Assembly (NCBI RefSeq): GCF_017876815.1
Contig: NZ_JAGIOS010000002.1
Coordinates: 1,290,001 to 1,322,000, forward strand
Direction of reading: 5' to 3'
DNA length: 32,000 nucleotides
Source of the DNA: Sinorhizobium meliloti
GTDB taxonomy: Bacteria; Pseudomonadota; Alphaproteobacteria; Rhizobiales; Rhizobiaceae
Position 1 is the stretch's first letter. Each line of letters begins with the position of its first letter. Position numbers and translations under genes: made by a program. Below the pieces are notes generated by a model. It worked only from the letters and a program-made list of their open reading frames with translations. It had not been told where the DNA came from and ran no database searches. Below, one piece after another: positions 1 through 8,798 of the stretch.

Positions 1-476
1 ATCATTGCTCGACGCCGATCGCACTCGGCGAAAGGCTCTATTCGCGCTGGGACTTCAAATCGGTTCTCTCCGACGGCTTTGTCGATATCATCCAGCCGGA
101 CCTTTCTCATGCCGGCGGGATCACCGAATGCCGCAAGATCGCCGCTATGGCCGAGGCCTACGACGTGGCGCTGGCGCCGCACTGCCCCCTCGGGCCGATT
201 GCCCTTGCCGCCTGCCTGCAGGTCGACGCGGTCAGCTATAACGCCTTCATCCAGGAACAGAGCCTCGGCATCCACTACAACGAGGCGAACGACATCCTCG
301 ACTACATCTCCAACAAAGAGGTCTTCGCTTACGAAGACGGCTTCGTTTCCATTCCGCAGGGTCCCGGTCTCGGCATCGAGGTCGACGAGGCCTATGTGAT
401 GGAACGCGCGAAGGAGGGGCATCGCTGGCGCAATCCGGTCTGGCGCCATTCGGACGGCAGTGTGGCCGAGTGGTGA
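1..476 (+). CDS. dgoD: D-galactonate dehydratase, C-terminal part (5' end lies outside the window)
   Basis: Frame 3 is open from the window edge to TGA 474-476. The translation ...[43 protein letters not shown]...[19 protein letters not shown] matches the enolase-superfamily DgoD C-terminus as I remember it from E. coli DgoD. Confidence 0.9.
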   Translation, partial: HCSTPIALGERLYSRWDFKSVLSDGFVDIIQPDLSHAGGITECRKIAAMAEAYDVALAPHCPLGPIALAACLQVDAVSYNAFIQEQSLGIHYNEANDILDYISNKEVFAYEDGFVSIPQGPGLGIEVDEAYVMERAKEGHRWRNPVWRHSDGSVAEW

Positions 477-506
477 GAACTAGGCGCCGATCGAAGGGGG
501 GCAGGG

Positions 507-1286
507 ATGAGTGACCGGCTTAAGGGTAAGCGGATCATGGTGACCGGTGCTGCGCAGGGTATCGGCCTTGCGATTGCCGAAGCGTTCCTGTCGGAGCGGG
601 CGGCACTCTTCCTCCTCGACCGCGACGGTCCCCTGCTTGAAAAGGAGGCGAAGCGCCTGCAGCGGCAGGGGCAGTCGCTCGCCTACGCCGAGGCCGATAT
701 TACGGATGCGGAGGCGATCGAATCAACGCTGTCGGCAGCCGCTTCGTCGATCGGTCCAATCAACGCGCTCGTCAACAATGCCGGGGTCAACGTCTTCTCG
801 GAGCCGCTGGAGATGAGCAATGCCGATTGGCAGCGCTGTTTCGACATCAACCTCCGTGGCGCCTGGAATTGCTGCAAGGCGGTTCTCCCCAGCCTTATCG
901 AGCAGGGCGGCGGGGCGATCCTCAACATCGCCTCGACGCATGCATTCACCATCATTCCGCACACATTCCCCTATCCAGTCGCAAAGCACGCGCTAATCGG
1001 TATGACGAAGGCGCTCGGCATCGAATATGCGTCGAAGGGGGTTCGCGTGAATGCGCTGGCACCGGGTTATGTCTTGACCCAAAAGGCGTACGACTACTGG
1101 AACAGCTTTCCTGACCCGGCGGCAGCCGAGGCGGCAACCCTGAAGCTTCACCCGGGCGGCCGCATTGCGACGGCAGAAGAGATCGCCCGCGCCGCCGTCT
1201 TCATGATTTCGGACGAGTGCCCTTTCATGAACGCGACGTGCTTGACGGTGGATGGCGGGCTCAGCGTCCTGCATCATCCGGCTTGA
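507..1286 (+). CDS. SDR-family (short-chain dehydrogenase/reductase) oxidoreductase
   Basis: 259-aa ORF 30 nt after dgoD. It has the N-terminal Rossmann motif VTGAAQGIGLAIA, NNAGV, and a catalytic-type YxxxK (YPVAKHA). SD-like GGGGGCAGGG lies upstream of the ATG. Confidence 0.9.
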   Translation: MSDRLKGKRIMVTGAAQGIGLAIAEAFLSERAALFLLDRDGPLLEKEAKRLQRQGQSLAYAEADITDAEAIESTLSAAASSIGPINALVNNAGVNVFSEPLEMSNADWQRCFDINLRGAWNCCKAVLPSLIEQGGGAILNIASTHAFTIIPHTFPYPVAKHALIGMTKALGIEYASKGVRVNALAPGYVLTQKAYDYWNSFPDPAAAEAATLKLHPGGRIATAEEIARAAVFMISDECPFMNATCLTVDGGLSVLHHPA

Positions 1287-1762
1287 AGCCGGCGCCGCCA
1301 CGGCAGGCGCCCACAGCCGTGGCTGGCGACCCGCTCGCCCATTGCCCGAGTAATAACGCTGAAGCACGTGGCGGACTGATTCCGATCGATGGCCGAGTAT
1401 GTCGACGGCGACGTGTCGATGGTATCGGAATTCCTTGACCTCGTGTCGCTTGGAACCGCCTTTCCCTTTCAGGAAATGTCGGCAAACGATCGTTGTGAAC
1501 GTCGCTAGAACGAGTCCGCTGGCGGTGAAGGATTCCGTGGCTTTGACAGGTGAGCGCTCCTGTAATTATCGCTACTGGGCCCAGCGGTAGTAAGTGCCGG
1601 TGAAACCAGACCTCTGGACGACGGAAAATAGATGCTTTGGTTCCGTTTGTGAAAGTCTCAGCTGTTGAGCTCTGCCACGTGCTCAAAAAAACTGGTCGTT
1701 GACAATTTTGATGAAAATGCCCCTCTTGCATTGCCTCGGAACCAGATTTGAGAGGCAAGTTC

Positions 1763-2689
1763 ATGCAGCATTTTCCGTATATAGGCTCCGGTCCATATTG
1801 CTACGCGAACGCCTTCGCGATGATGTTTGGCAAACACGCTCCATCCACCGCAAGCATCGAGTTCGCCACAGGTAGCCCTTTCGGGATGCAGCTCGTCGGC
1901 GGGTCTCTGCCCTTCTTCGATCCCTTCGGCTGGACGCCTGAGGCTGGCTTCAATGCCGCTCTCGATGCCATGGGCTGGACGTCGTCCGTCATGAGTGCCG
2001 GGAATGCCGGAGATGCACTCGAGCGACTCCGATCTCAACTCGTCCACGGTCCAGTCTGGGTCGGTCCGGTAGAGATGGGCTGGCTTCGGTACCAACCGGG
2101 CAAGGACGGCCCAATCGGCGCAGATCACTTCGTCGTCGTCATCGGCATCGCGAATGATAGGGTGCAGTTGCATGATCCGCAGGGATACCCATTCGCAACA
2201 TTGCCGATCGGCGATTTCCTGACCGCATGGCAGGCGGAAACCATCGACTATGGAACGCCCTTCACCATGCGTTTCGGTTTCCGACAAGTACGCGTTGTTG
2301 ATGAAGACGATGTGATCAGAGCGTCGCTGCCTGCCGCGATCAGGTGGTTGTCCATGCAAAGGCCGCCACACCTCCCCGAAGGCACCATCGGTAATGGCGA
2401 GGCGGCCGAGGCATTGGCGAGCATAATCGACGCGAGGTGCGACGAAGACTTGCGTGCACACCTGATCCACTTTGCAATCCGCGTTGGCACTAGACGGCTC
2501 GCCGATGCCGCCACTTGCCTTTCCCGGATTGGCTATACAGACGCTGCTCATATTGCTTCGGAGCAAGCGGCCATGATAGGGGCATTGCAGTATCCCATTG
2601 TCACCGGCAAAGACGCGGAAGCGGCAGATCTGCTTAGGCGGCTGGCACCGACATACCAGCTTCTTCTGGAGGCTTTGCGGTCGCGCTGA
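1763..2689 (+). CDS. Hypothetical protein with a papain-like (peptidase C39 / BtrH N-terminal-like) Cys-His-Asp signature
   Basis: The ORF track gives a TTG start at 1748. ATG 1763 is preferred because GAGAGG (1750-1755) sits 7 nt upstream. Motifs: GSGPYCYANAFAMMF (candidate nucleophile Cys), then GADHFVVVIGIANDRVQLHDPQG, the HxVVV...DP arrangement typical of C39-type peptidase domains. About 130 aa of helical C-terminal region has no recognised motif. The function call is from motifs only. Confidence 0.6.
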   Translation: MQHFPYIGSGPYCYANAFAMMFGKHAPSTASIEFATGSPFGMQLVGGSLPFFDPFGWTPEAGFNAALDAMGWTSSVMSAGNAGDALERLRSQLVHGPVWVGPVEMGWLRYQPGKDGPIGADHFVVVIGIANDRVQLHDPQGYPFATLPIGDFLTAWQAETIDYGTPFTMRFGFRQVRVVDEDDVIRASLPAAIRWLSMQRPPHLPEGTIGNGEAAEALASIIDARCDEDLRAHLIHFAIRVGTRRLADAATCLSRIGYTDAAHIASEQAAMIGALQYPIVTGKDAEAADLLRRLAPTYQLLLEALRSR

Positions 2690-2874
2690 CCTCAGTCGCG
2701 TGGCCGTTTTCCAAGTTGCGAGCCGAAAGGCAGCTGGCCCGAAAGACTATAACCCCCCCTTTGGGCGTGCACCGTGGCACGAGCAGGCTCGGGTAACTGC
2801 AATGGGCAGAGAGCAGCCGCACCCTTGAGAGTCTTTGGCGCAGCGGATCTGACAGATTTCCCCCCGCTACGGAA

Positions 2875-3033
2875 ATGGCTGTCGTTTACATCAGCGGGGA
2901 CAGCGCGGCCGAGTGGGCGATCAACGGCGTCCCGAACGACATAATGCTTGAGAAGCCGTTCGCGATGGCGGAGATGATAACTGCTGTTGACCAGCTTCTG
3001 AACGACCGTTCGACCGGCCCTGCAAGCGCCTGA
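2875..3033 (+). pseudogene. Remnant of a response-regulator receiver domain (C-terminal ~50 aa only)
   Basis: My own translation: MAVVYISGDSAAEWAINGVPNDIMLEKPFAMAEMITAVDQLLNDRSTGPASA*. The YISG (Ser/Thr position) and EKPF (Lys position) motifs parallel FYSG/AKP of the intact regulator at 7862-8272. There is no acidic pocket or phospho-acceptor Asp upstream; the frame is closed by TAA at 2794. Confidence 0.45.
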
Positions 3034-3084
3034 ATTCCGCCCCGCGATGTATTGCTGGTGGCGGCTGTCGAAGGAAGCTGCTGA

Positions 3085-4158
3085 TCAAGATGATTCCGGG
3101 TCGGTTGGATCCGGATGCTTGGCGACGGCGAGACTGGCATCCTCCAATTTGCCTGCAGTTGCTTCCGGTGCGCTGCCAATGATGGCGCGGCGTAGTGTTT
3201 CCGCATACTCCCGTCCTTCATTGGCCCGCCTTCTGTTTGCGGCGGCGGCGGCGGCGAACCCGCTACGATGCGCATCTTGCGCCATTTTTTCGCTGAGAGT
3301 CACCCTTTCCTCGATGATCCGAAGGGCAACTCTCAGAGTCTCGTCGACGGCGCCTTCCGACTCCGCAGCCAAAGCCTCGGACGTATAGGCATGCCCGACT
3401 TGACAACGAAATCGCAGCGGCGGCCAACTCTTGATCTGCGAGAGTACGCCGCCGCAGGCCGGACACGAGATCGGGACCGGGTTCGCAATGGTTAGCATTG
3501 TCTCGGAACCGATCTGTCGGCCGAATGCGATATCGACCTCAAGTCTGATTTCGGCGGGGACGGGAATTGGCGGACCGGCCTCTTCGCCGGTGAGCTCAAC
3601 GAGGAGTGCAGCGAGACCGTCGAGAGGAGCGCGGTAATCGACGTCGCTTGCCCTTAGGGCGCCCATTGGCATGTCCGGCGCAACTGCGTCGCTTGGATTC
3701 TGGACGACTGTCACCCCACCGCACCGCTTGAAATCGGCAAGGCCAGCGGCCCCGTCGTTCAACAGCCCCGTGAGTACGACCGCGACTGACCGCGGTCCGT
3801 ATTTCAAACCGATTGATCGAAAGAGAGGGTCAACCGCCGGTCGGGCCAGGTTCTCGCGGGGCCCGCGGCCAAGCCGGATGACGCCGTCAATGACGAGGAG
3901 GTGGTGGTCTGCCGGCGCAACATAGACGTGCCGGCGCTCTACAGCCTCCCCGTCAACTGCAGTCGTTACAGGAATTCCGGAATGCGCGTTGAATATCTCG
4001 GCGAGTAGATCTTTTCCGCGTGCGCCGACATGTACGACGACGAATACAGCGGCGGCGAAGTCGCCCGGAAGTTTGCCAAGCAAGTGCTTCAGGGCTGCCA
4101 CCGCGCCAAGCGAACCTCCTATGGCTATGACGTCTCGGCGGCCCATCGTATGCTCCAT
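3085..4158 (-). CDS. CheB-type protein-glutamate methylesterase domain protein (no receiver domain) with a C-terminal zinc-ribbon-like extension
   Basis: RDVIAIGGSLGAVAAL..., VVHVG, HVYVAPADHHL, ARPAVDPLFRS, VVLTGLLNDGAAG and VVQNPSDA are CheB methylesterase motifs. The C-terminal part carries CPACGGVL...RFRCQVGHAY. An alternative start at ATG 4146 has a GGAG 6 nt upstream and may be the real start. Confidence 0.85.
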   Translation of the reverse strand: MEHTMGRRDVIAIGGSLGAVAALKHLLGKLPGDFAAAVFVVVHVGARGKDLLAEIFNAHSGIPVTTAVDGEAVERRHVYVAPADHHLLVIDGVIRLGRGPRENLARPAVDPLFRSIGLKYGPRSVAVVLTGLLNDGAAGLADFKRCGGVTVVQNPSDAVAPDMPMGALRASDVDYRAPLDGLAALLVELTGEEAGPPIPVPAEIRLEVDIAFGRQIGSETMLTIANPVPISCPACGGVLSQIKSWPPLRFRCQVGHAYTSEALAAESEGAVDETLRVALRIIEERVTLSEKMAQDAHRSGFAAAAAANRRRANEGREYAETLRRAIIGSAPEATAGKLEDASLAVAKHPDPTDPESS

Positions 4159-4386
4159 CGGGCAAAAACGTTCGACGAGCGGATAAGTTCGATCGCGGTG
4201 AGAATCTTAGTCGGGGAAGGGAAGATTTTCCCAGCCGATACTATCGGCGCCGATATGTCAGCTGATATAAGAGGATCGTGCCGGATGCGTATAATGGTGG
4301 CCACCTCCGGCCTCGAAGGTTGCCGATATTCCCCGCAGAGGAAGCATAGCCGGGCAGGCGGCTCGTTCCTGTGCGGTGCCGGGAGG

Positions 4387-7300
4387 ATGAGCATGGGTCG
4401 AGAATTGGATCCTCCGATTGTCGCAATCGGAGCCTCTGCGGGTGGCATTCAGGCTCTTCAGACCTTCTTTGATCTTATACCGAATGACACGGGCGCCACC
4501 TTCGTCGTCATTGTCCATCTCGATCCGCACGCCAGAAGCGAGCTTGCGAACATTTTGGCGGCACGGACGCGCATGTCGGTTACACAGGTCGAGGACCAAG
4601 CGCGCCTTGAAGGCAACCACGTATACGTCATTGCGCCGAACCGTCAGCTTAAGATTGCCGACGGTACGATAACCGCGCTCCCCTTCGAAGAGCCGCATGC
4701 CCTCCGGGCGCCTATTGATCTTTTCTTTCGGTCGCTCGCCGAGGAGCATGGGAGCGAACTTGCGGTCATTCTCACTGGTGCCGGGGCGGACGGTGCGATT
4801 GGGGTGAAGGCTGTCAAGGAGGCGGGCGGAATCGTGCTCGTCCAGGATCCTGAAGAGGCAGAATATGCCTCCATGCCGCGCAATGCCATCGACACTGAGG
4901 TTGCAGACTTCGTGCTGCCTATCCGGGAGCTTCCTCATCGGGTGGCTGAGTTGCTCGCCGATCGTGATCAACTTCCGTCCGAGCCGTTCCACGCAGACGA
5001 TGACGATATGATCGGGCGAATTCTCGCCCATGTGCGCGGCCGAACCGGACACGATTTCTCCCAATACAAGCGGGCTACGATTTTGCGGCGTATCGGACGG
5101 CGAGCGCAAATTGCCAGGCGGGAGACCTTTGCGGACTACTACAACTACCTGCGTGAGAATCCCGAAGAAGCCCAGGCGCTGTTCAGCGACTTTTTGATTT
5201 CGGTTACGACGTTCTTTCGCGATCCCTCGGCTTTCGAGGCTCTTGCCGAACGAGTCATCCCGCAATTGTTTGACGGAAAAGAAGTCGCCGACGCGATCAG
5301 GGTCTGGGTTCCGGGCTGCGCCACCGGTGAGGAAACCTATACGATGGGCATGCTTCTGCTTGAGGAGGCGGCACGCCGCGACCTTTCGCCGGAAATCCAG
5401 GTCTTCGGCTCAGACCTCGACGCACAGGCACTGCGCATCGCGCGCGAAGGACGATACCCATCGACTATCGAAAGCGATCTCTCGGAGGAACGACTGCGCC
5501 GGTTCTTTCAGCGTGAGGGAGATCACTATCGAGTGCGCCGCGAGTTGCGCGATGTGGTTCTCTTTGCCAGCCACAGCTTGCTCAGAGACCCGCCGTTCTC
5601 CCATCTCGATATGATTTCCTGCCGAAACCTGCTGATCTATCTCGATCGGCAGCTGCAGCAGCAGGTGTGCAATACGTTTCATTACGCGCTCAACGCAGGT
5701 GGCTTTCTCTTTCTCGGATCGTCGGAAAGTGCCGACCACCCCGGGCTCTTCCTCACTGTGGATCGCGAGGCACGTATCTACAGGGCTGTCGCAGGCGGCG
5801 GTGCTCGACGACCCATGGTGCTGCCGGCGCTGCTTGGTCCACATAAGCCGGAAATTAAATCGACCATCATTCGGATGCCGGCGGCAGGGCACGTCAGCGA
5901 CGCAGCGGTACACCGCCAGATGCTCGAGAAAATCGCTCCTCCAAGCATGCTGGTCGATGAAAGTCACCACGCGATTCATCTTTCGGAAAACGCCGGACGC
6001 TTTCTCCAACCCTCAGGTGGCCCCGTCAGTACCGACGCGACGGATCTCGTGCGCGAGGAATTTCGCTTCGATCTAAGAGCGGCGCTGCACCGGGCCTTCG
6101 AGCGGAATGAGCCCACGTTGAGCATGCCCATCCTTGCTGACCTGGACGGGCAACCGCACCGCGTCTACCTGCAAGTGAAGCCGGTGGTCCAAGGGACGGA
6201 ACGCACCCGGCATGCCCTTGTGCTTTTTATCGAAGGCGAGGCAATCGACAAAACCCAGGAGGTCGTGCTCGATACGCTTGATGGGCGCCCGACGATCGAC
6301 GAGGCGATCCGCCGCTTGCAGGAGGAGCTGCAGCTCGCGCAAAACCGGCTTCGCCTGACCAGCGAGGAGTCGGCCACCGCCACCGAAGAACTGCGGGCTG
6401 CCAACGAAGAACTGCAGTCAATGAACGAGGAATACCGTTCGACGGCCGAGGAACTGGAAACGAGCAAGGAAGAGCTCCAATCGATCAATGAGGAGCTGCA
6501 AACCGTCAACAGTGAGCTCAAACTGAAGCTGGAAAGCATATCGCGGGCTCACAGCGACTTGCAGAACTTGATGGCCGCGACCGACATCGCGACGCTTTTC
6601 CTCGACCCGTCCCTTCGTATCAAGCGTTTTACCCCGCGGCTGACGGAGATATTCAACGTCACGCCGAGCGACGAAGGCCGGCCGATCACTGATTTCACGC
6701 ATCATCTTAAATATAAGAGACTTTCTGATGACGCACGCGCGGTGCTCGAGACGCTCACGCCAGTCGAGCACGAGGTGAAGAGCCGCGATGACGGCTGGTA
6801 TCTGGTGCGGATGCGCCCCTACCGCACGATGGAAGACAAGATAGACGGCGTTGTGGTGACCTTCGTCGACATCAGCGAGCGGCGCCATGCCGAAGAGGCG
6901 GCGAAGGAGAGCGGGCAACGCCTTGAGCAGGAAATGCGGCTCGTCGAGCTTTCCCGCTCACCGATATTCGTGTGGGACTTTGACGATGGCATAATGCAGT
7001 GGAACCGCGGCAGCGAGGAACTCTATGGCTATTCGCGTGAGGAGGCGCTTGGAAGGCGCAAGGAAGAACTGCTAAAGACGGCCGTTCCCGGCTCGTCCTT
7101 TGACAAGCTCAGGCGAACACTCAGCCAAAAGGGCCGTTGGAGCGGCGAACTGAACCATACCACGAAGGACGGTCGAGTGCTGACGGTAGAGAGCCAGATC
7201 GAGCTCGTGCCGTTTGGCGAGCGCCGGCTTGTGCTGGAAAGCACCCGCGACATTTCCGACCGCAAACGCTGGGAGCGGCGCGGGCAGCTCTTGCTGAACG

Positions 7301-7878
7301 AGCTAAGCCATCGGGTGAAGAACACGCTCGCTGTCGTCCAGTCGCTGGCGCGCCAGACGCTCCGCACAACCCGATCGAGCGAGGACTTCGTCGAGCGCTT
7401 TGAAGGGCGCCTCGCAGCACTTGCGAGTGCCCATAAGCTGCTTGTCGATTCTGAATGGCGCGGCGCCGAGCTTGACGCACTGGCGCGAGGGCAACTCGAT
7501 GCCTACGCCGGCAGCGATCGGCGCCGACTGCAGATCGAGGGCGAGCCAGTGACGCTGCCGCCGGACCTCGCTACACCGTTCGGTCTCGTGCTCCACGAGC
7601 TCGCGACCAATGCCGCGAAATACGGCGCGTTTTCTACTGGAATCGGACAGGTCAGGCTCAGTTGGAAACTCGGGAACAACGGCCGGAACCTTGGGGTTAT
7701 CTGGCAAGAACGCGGTGGCCCGCCGGTTGAGCCTCCGAGCGAGCAGGGTTTCGGCGGCGTTCTGATCGAGAAGAGCTTGCCAGGATCTACGGTTCATCGC
7801 GATTTCCAACCGGATGGCGTCGTCTGCACGATCGACATCGAGCTTCCGGAGATCCCGCCAGATGGCGCGGAAAAGTGA
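4387..7878 (+). CDS. Multidomain sensor: CheB methylesterase - CheR methyltransferase - PAS - coiled coil - PAS/PAS - HWE-family histidine kinase
   Basis: The ORF is open from 4030, but that extension overlaps the divergent CheB gene. ATG 4387 and 4393 follow GGGAGG (4381-4386). Motifs, in order:
- IVAIGASAGGIQAL and VVIVHLDP (CheB).
- FFRDPSAFEAL, VWVPGCATGEETY, ISCRNLLIYL (CheR SAM-dependent methyltransferase).
- Heptad-rich EELRAANEELQSMNEEYRSTAEELETSKEELQSINEELQTVNSEL.
- PAS-like blocks.
- ELSHRVKNTLAVVQSLARQT (His codon 7309-7311), HELATNAAKYGA and VIWQERGGPPV (HWE kinase signature). Confidence 0.9.
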   Translation: MSMGRELDPPIVAIGASAGGIQALQTFFDLIPNDTGATFVVIVHLDPHARSELANILAARTRMSVTQVEDQARLEGNHVYVIAPNRQLKIADGTITALPFEEPHALRAPIDLFFRSLAEEHGSELAVILTGAGADGAIGVKAVKEAGGIVLVQDPEEAEYASMPRNAIDTEVADFVLPIRELPHRVAELLADRDQLPSEPFHADDDDMIGRILAHVRGRTGHDFSQYKRATILRRIGRRAQIARRETFADYYNYLRENPEEAQALFSDFLISVTTFFRDPSAFEALAERVIPQLFDGKEVADAIRVWVPGCATGEETYTMGMLLLEEAARRDLSPEIQVFGSDLDAQALRIAREGRYPSTIESDLSEERLRRFFQREGDHYRVRRELRDVVLFASHSLLRDPPFSHLDMISCRNLLIYLDRQLQQQVCNTFHYALNAGGFLFLGSSESADHPGLFLTVDREARIYRAVAGGGARRPMVLPALLGPHKPEIKSTIIRMPAAGHVSDAAVHRQMLEKIAPPSMLVDESHHAIHLSENAGRFLQPSGGPVSTDATDLVREEFRFDLRAALHRAFERNEPTLSMPILADLDGQPHRVYLQVKPVVQGTERTRHALVLFIEGEAIDKTQEVVLDTLDGRPTIDEAIRRLQEELQLAQNRLRLTSEESATATEELRAANEELQSMNEEYRSTAEELETSKEELQSINEELQTVNSELKLKLESISRAHSDLQNLMAATDIATLFLDPSLRIKRFTPRLTEIFNVTPSDEGRPITDFTHHLKYKRLSDDARAVLETLTPVEHEVKSRDDGWYLVRMRPYRTMEDKIDGVVVTFVDISERRHAEEAAKESGQRLEQEMRLVELSRSPIFVWDFDDGIMQWNRGSEELYGYSREEALGRRKEELLKTAVPGSSFDKLRRTLSQKGRWSGELNHTTKDGRVLTVESQIELVPFGERRLVLESTRDISDRKRWERRGQLLLNELSHRVKNTLAVVQSLARQTLRTTRSSEDFVERFEGRLAALASAHKLLVDSEWRGAELDALARGQLDAYAGSDRRRLQIEGEPVTLPPDLATPFGLVLHELATNAAKYGAFSTGIGQVRLSWKLGNNGRNLGVIWQERGGPPVEPPSEQGFGGVLIEKSLPGSTVHRDFQPDGVVCTIDIELPEIPPDGAEK

Positions 7879-8272
7879 AGACGGCAGGCTTCTTGAGGGC
7901 GCCAGGGTCCTGGTGGTCGAGGACGAGATTTGGATCGCTCTCGACTTGGAAGCAGCATTTCTCGATGTTGGAGCTCAGGTGGTGGGACCCTGCGCGACCC
8001 TTGAGGCCGCATTGGTGGCGGCGAAAAATGAAGCGCTGGCGCTCGCGGTGCTCGACATTCGCTTGGGTACGACAACCACCGAGAGGGTCATCGATCTCCT
8101 CAACGAGAGGGGCATTCCATTCTTCTTCTATAGTGGCCAAACGCTACCCGACGACATGCGAAAGAAAAGCAACGGCGCCATCGTCATCGCAAAGCCCGCC
8201 ACGCAGCAGGATATTGTTGGGACGGCCGCAGGAGTGCTTATAGCCTCGAACCTGCCGCCTTCGCCCTTGTAA
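7862..8272 (+). CDS. Single-domain response regulator (receiver only), translationally overlapped with the kinase
   Basis: RVLVVEDE (acidic pocket), LAVLDIRL (phospho-acceptor Asp), FYSG, AKP. ATG 7862 overlaps the kinase stop (7876-7878) by 17 nt. The in-frame ATG 7814 is an alternative start. Confidence 0.85.
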   Translation: MARKSEDGRLLEGARVLVVEDEIWIALDLEAAFLDVGAQVVGPCATLEAALVAAKNEALALAVLDIRLGTTTTERVIDLLNERGIPFFFYSGQTLPDDMRKKSNGAIVIAKPATQQDIVGTAAGVLIASNLPPSPL

Positions 8273-8444
8273 GCTCCCGATGGTTGCAGCCAATCACAGC
8301 GGCGCTGATGATCGGTGGCGATTGTGATTCATATAGGAGGGTAGGCAGCTTCGAACAGTCTCCGCGCGGAGTACACCGTTTACAGGTCGGAGCACCCGAA
8401 ATTGCCCGACATTTGGCGGGCGACGACGGAGTCGAAAGAGGCAG

Positions 8445-8476
8445 GAGCCCTGACCGTCTCCGGTCAGGGCTTTCTG
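8445..8476 (+). terminator. Candidate intrinsic terminator downstream of the kinase/regulator operon
   Basis: Perfect 10-bp GC-rich stem GCCCTGACCG (8447-8456), loop TCTC, CGGTCAGGGC (8461-8470), followed by TTTCTGT. Confidence 0.5.
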
Positions 8477-8798
8477 TACCAATTGGATTTCCGCAATATA
8501 GAGCAAGGACACGGAAATACGGTCCACCGCAAAGCCCACTACAAGCAATGGCTAGGCTAGAAGATGTGTCGTTGCATGCTTGATCTTATACGAAAGTATT
8601 AGCCATTCCAGTAACAATTTAGGGGTTTTCGGTAACCCTATTTTACTGTCAGTCCTCCGAGGTGAACCAAGGGCCAAATGGGACGTCGGGAGGCCAGCCC
8701 TGCAAGCGTGGTTCCGCGAACTGACGAGCTTAATCTCTGCCGGGTCCACAACGGAAAAATGCGCCGATAAGGAGGTGCGCCTTGTCGACGCCCCGTGA

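Noticed and set aside
1738-1762. GGAAC-N15-AGTT resembling an EcfG promoter just before the 1763 ATG
   Set aside because: The spacer is one nt short and the -10 lacks the C. The element would overlap the SD and leave no leader, so it is probably fortuitous.
1658-2566. 302-aa minus-strand ORF covering most of the 1763-2689 gene
   Set aside because: It is antisense to an ORF that has a clear Cys-His-Asp motif set and an SD. Its translation is Arg/Gly/Pro-rich with no motif. This is a typical shadow ORF of GC-rich DNA.
4030-4386. N-terminal 119-codon extension of the big kinase ORF
   Set aside because: It overlaps the start of the divergent CheB-like gene on the other strand and has no domain similarity. 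The CheB domain begins right after ATG 4387/4393, which follow a GGGAGG SD.
6290-6545. Periodic GAGGAGCTGCA-like DNA repetition
   Set aside because: It is the nucleotide image of the EEL/QS heptad coiled coil of the kinase, in frame and without unit-length identity. It is not a tandem DNA repeat or CRISPR.
4258-7809. Series of long minus-strand ORFs (4258-5265, 5410-6009, 6418-6918, 7303-7809) inside the kinase gene
   Set aside because: All are antisense to a continuous, motif-rich 1160-aa coding frame and have low-complexity Arg/Ser/Pro-rich translations.
8284-8583. 99-aa plus-strand ORF downstream of the response regulator
   Set aside because: No SD and no motif. It spans the predicted terminator hairpin and has a shadow ORF partner on the other strand.
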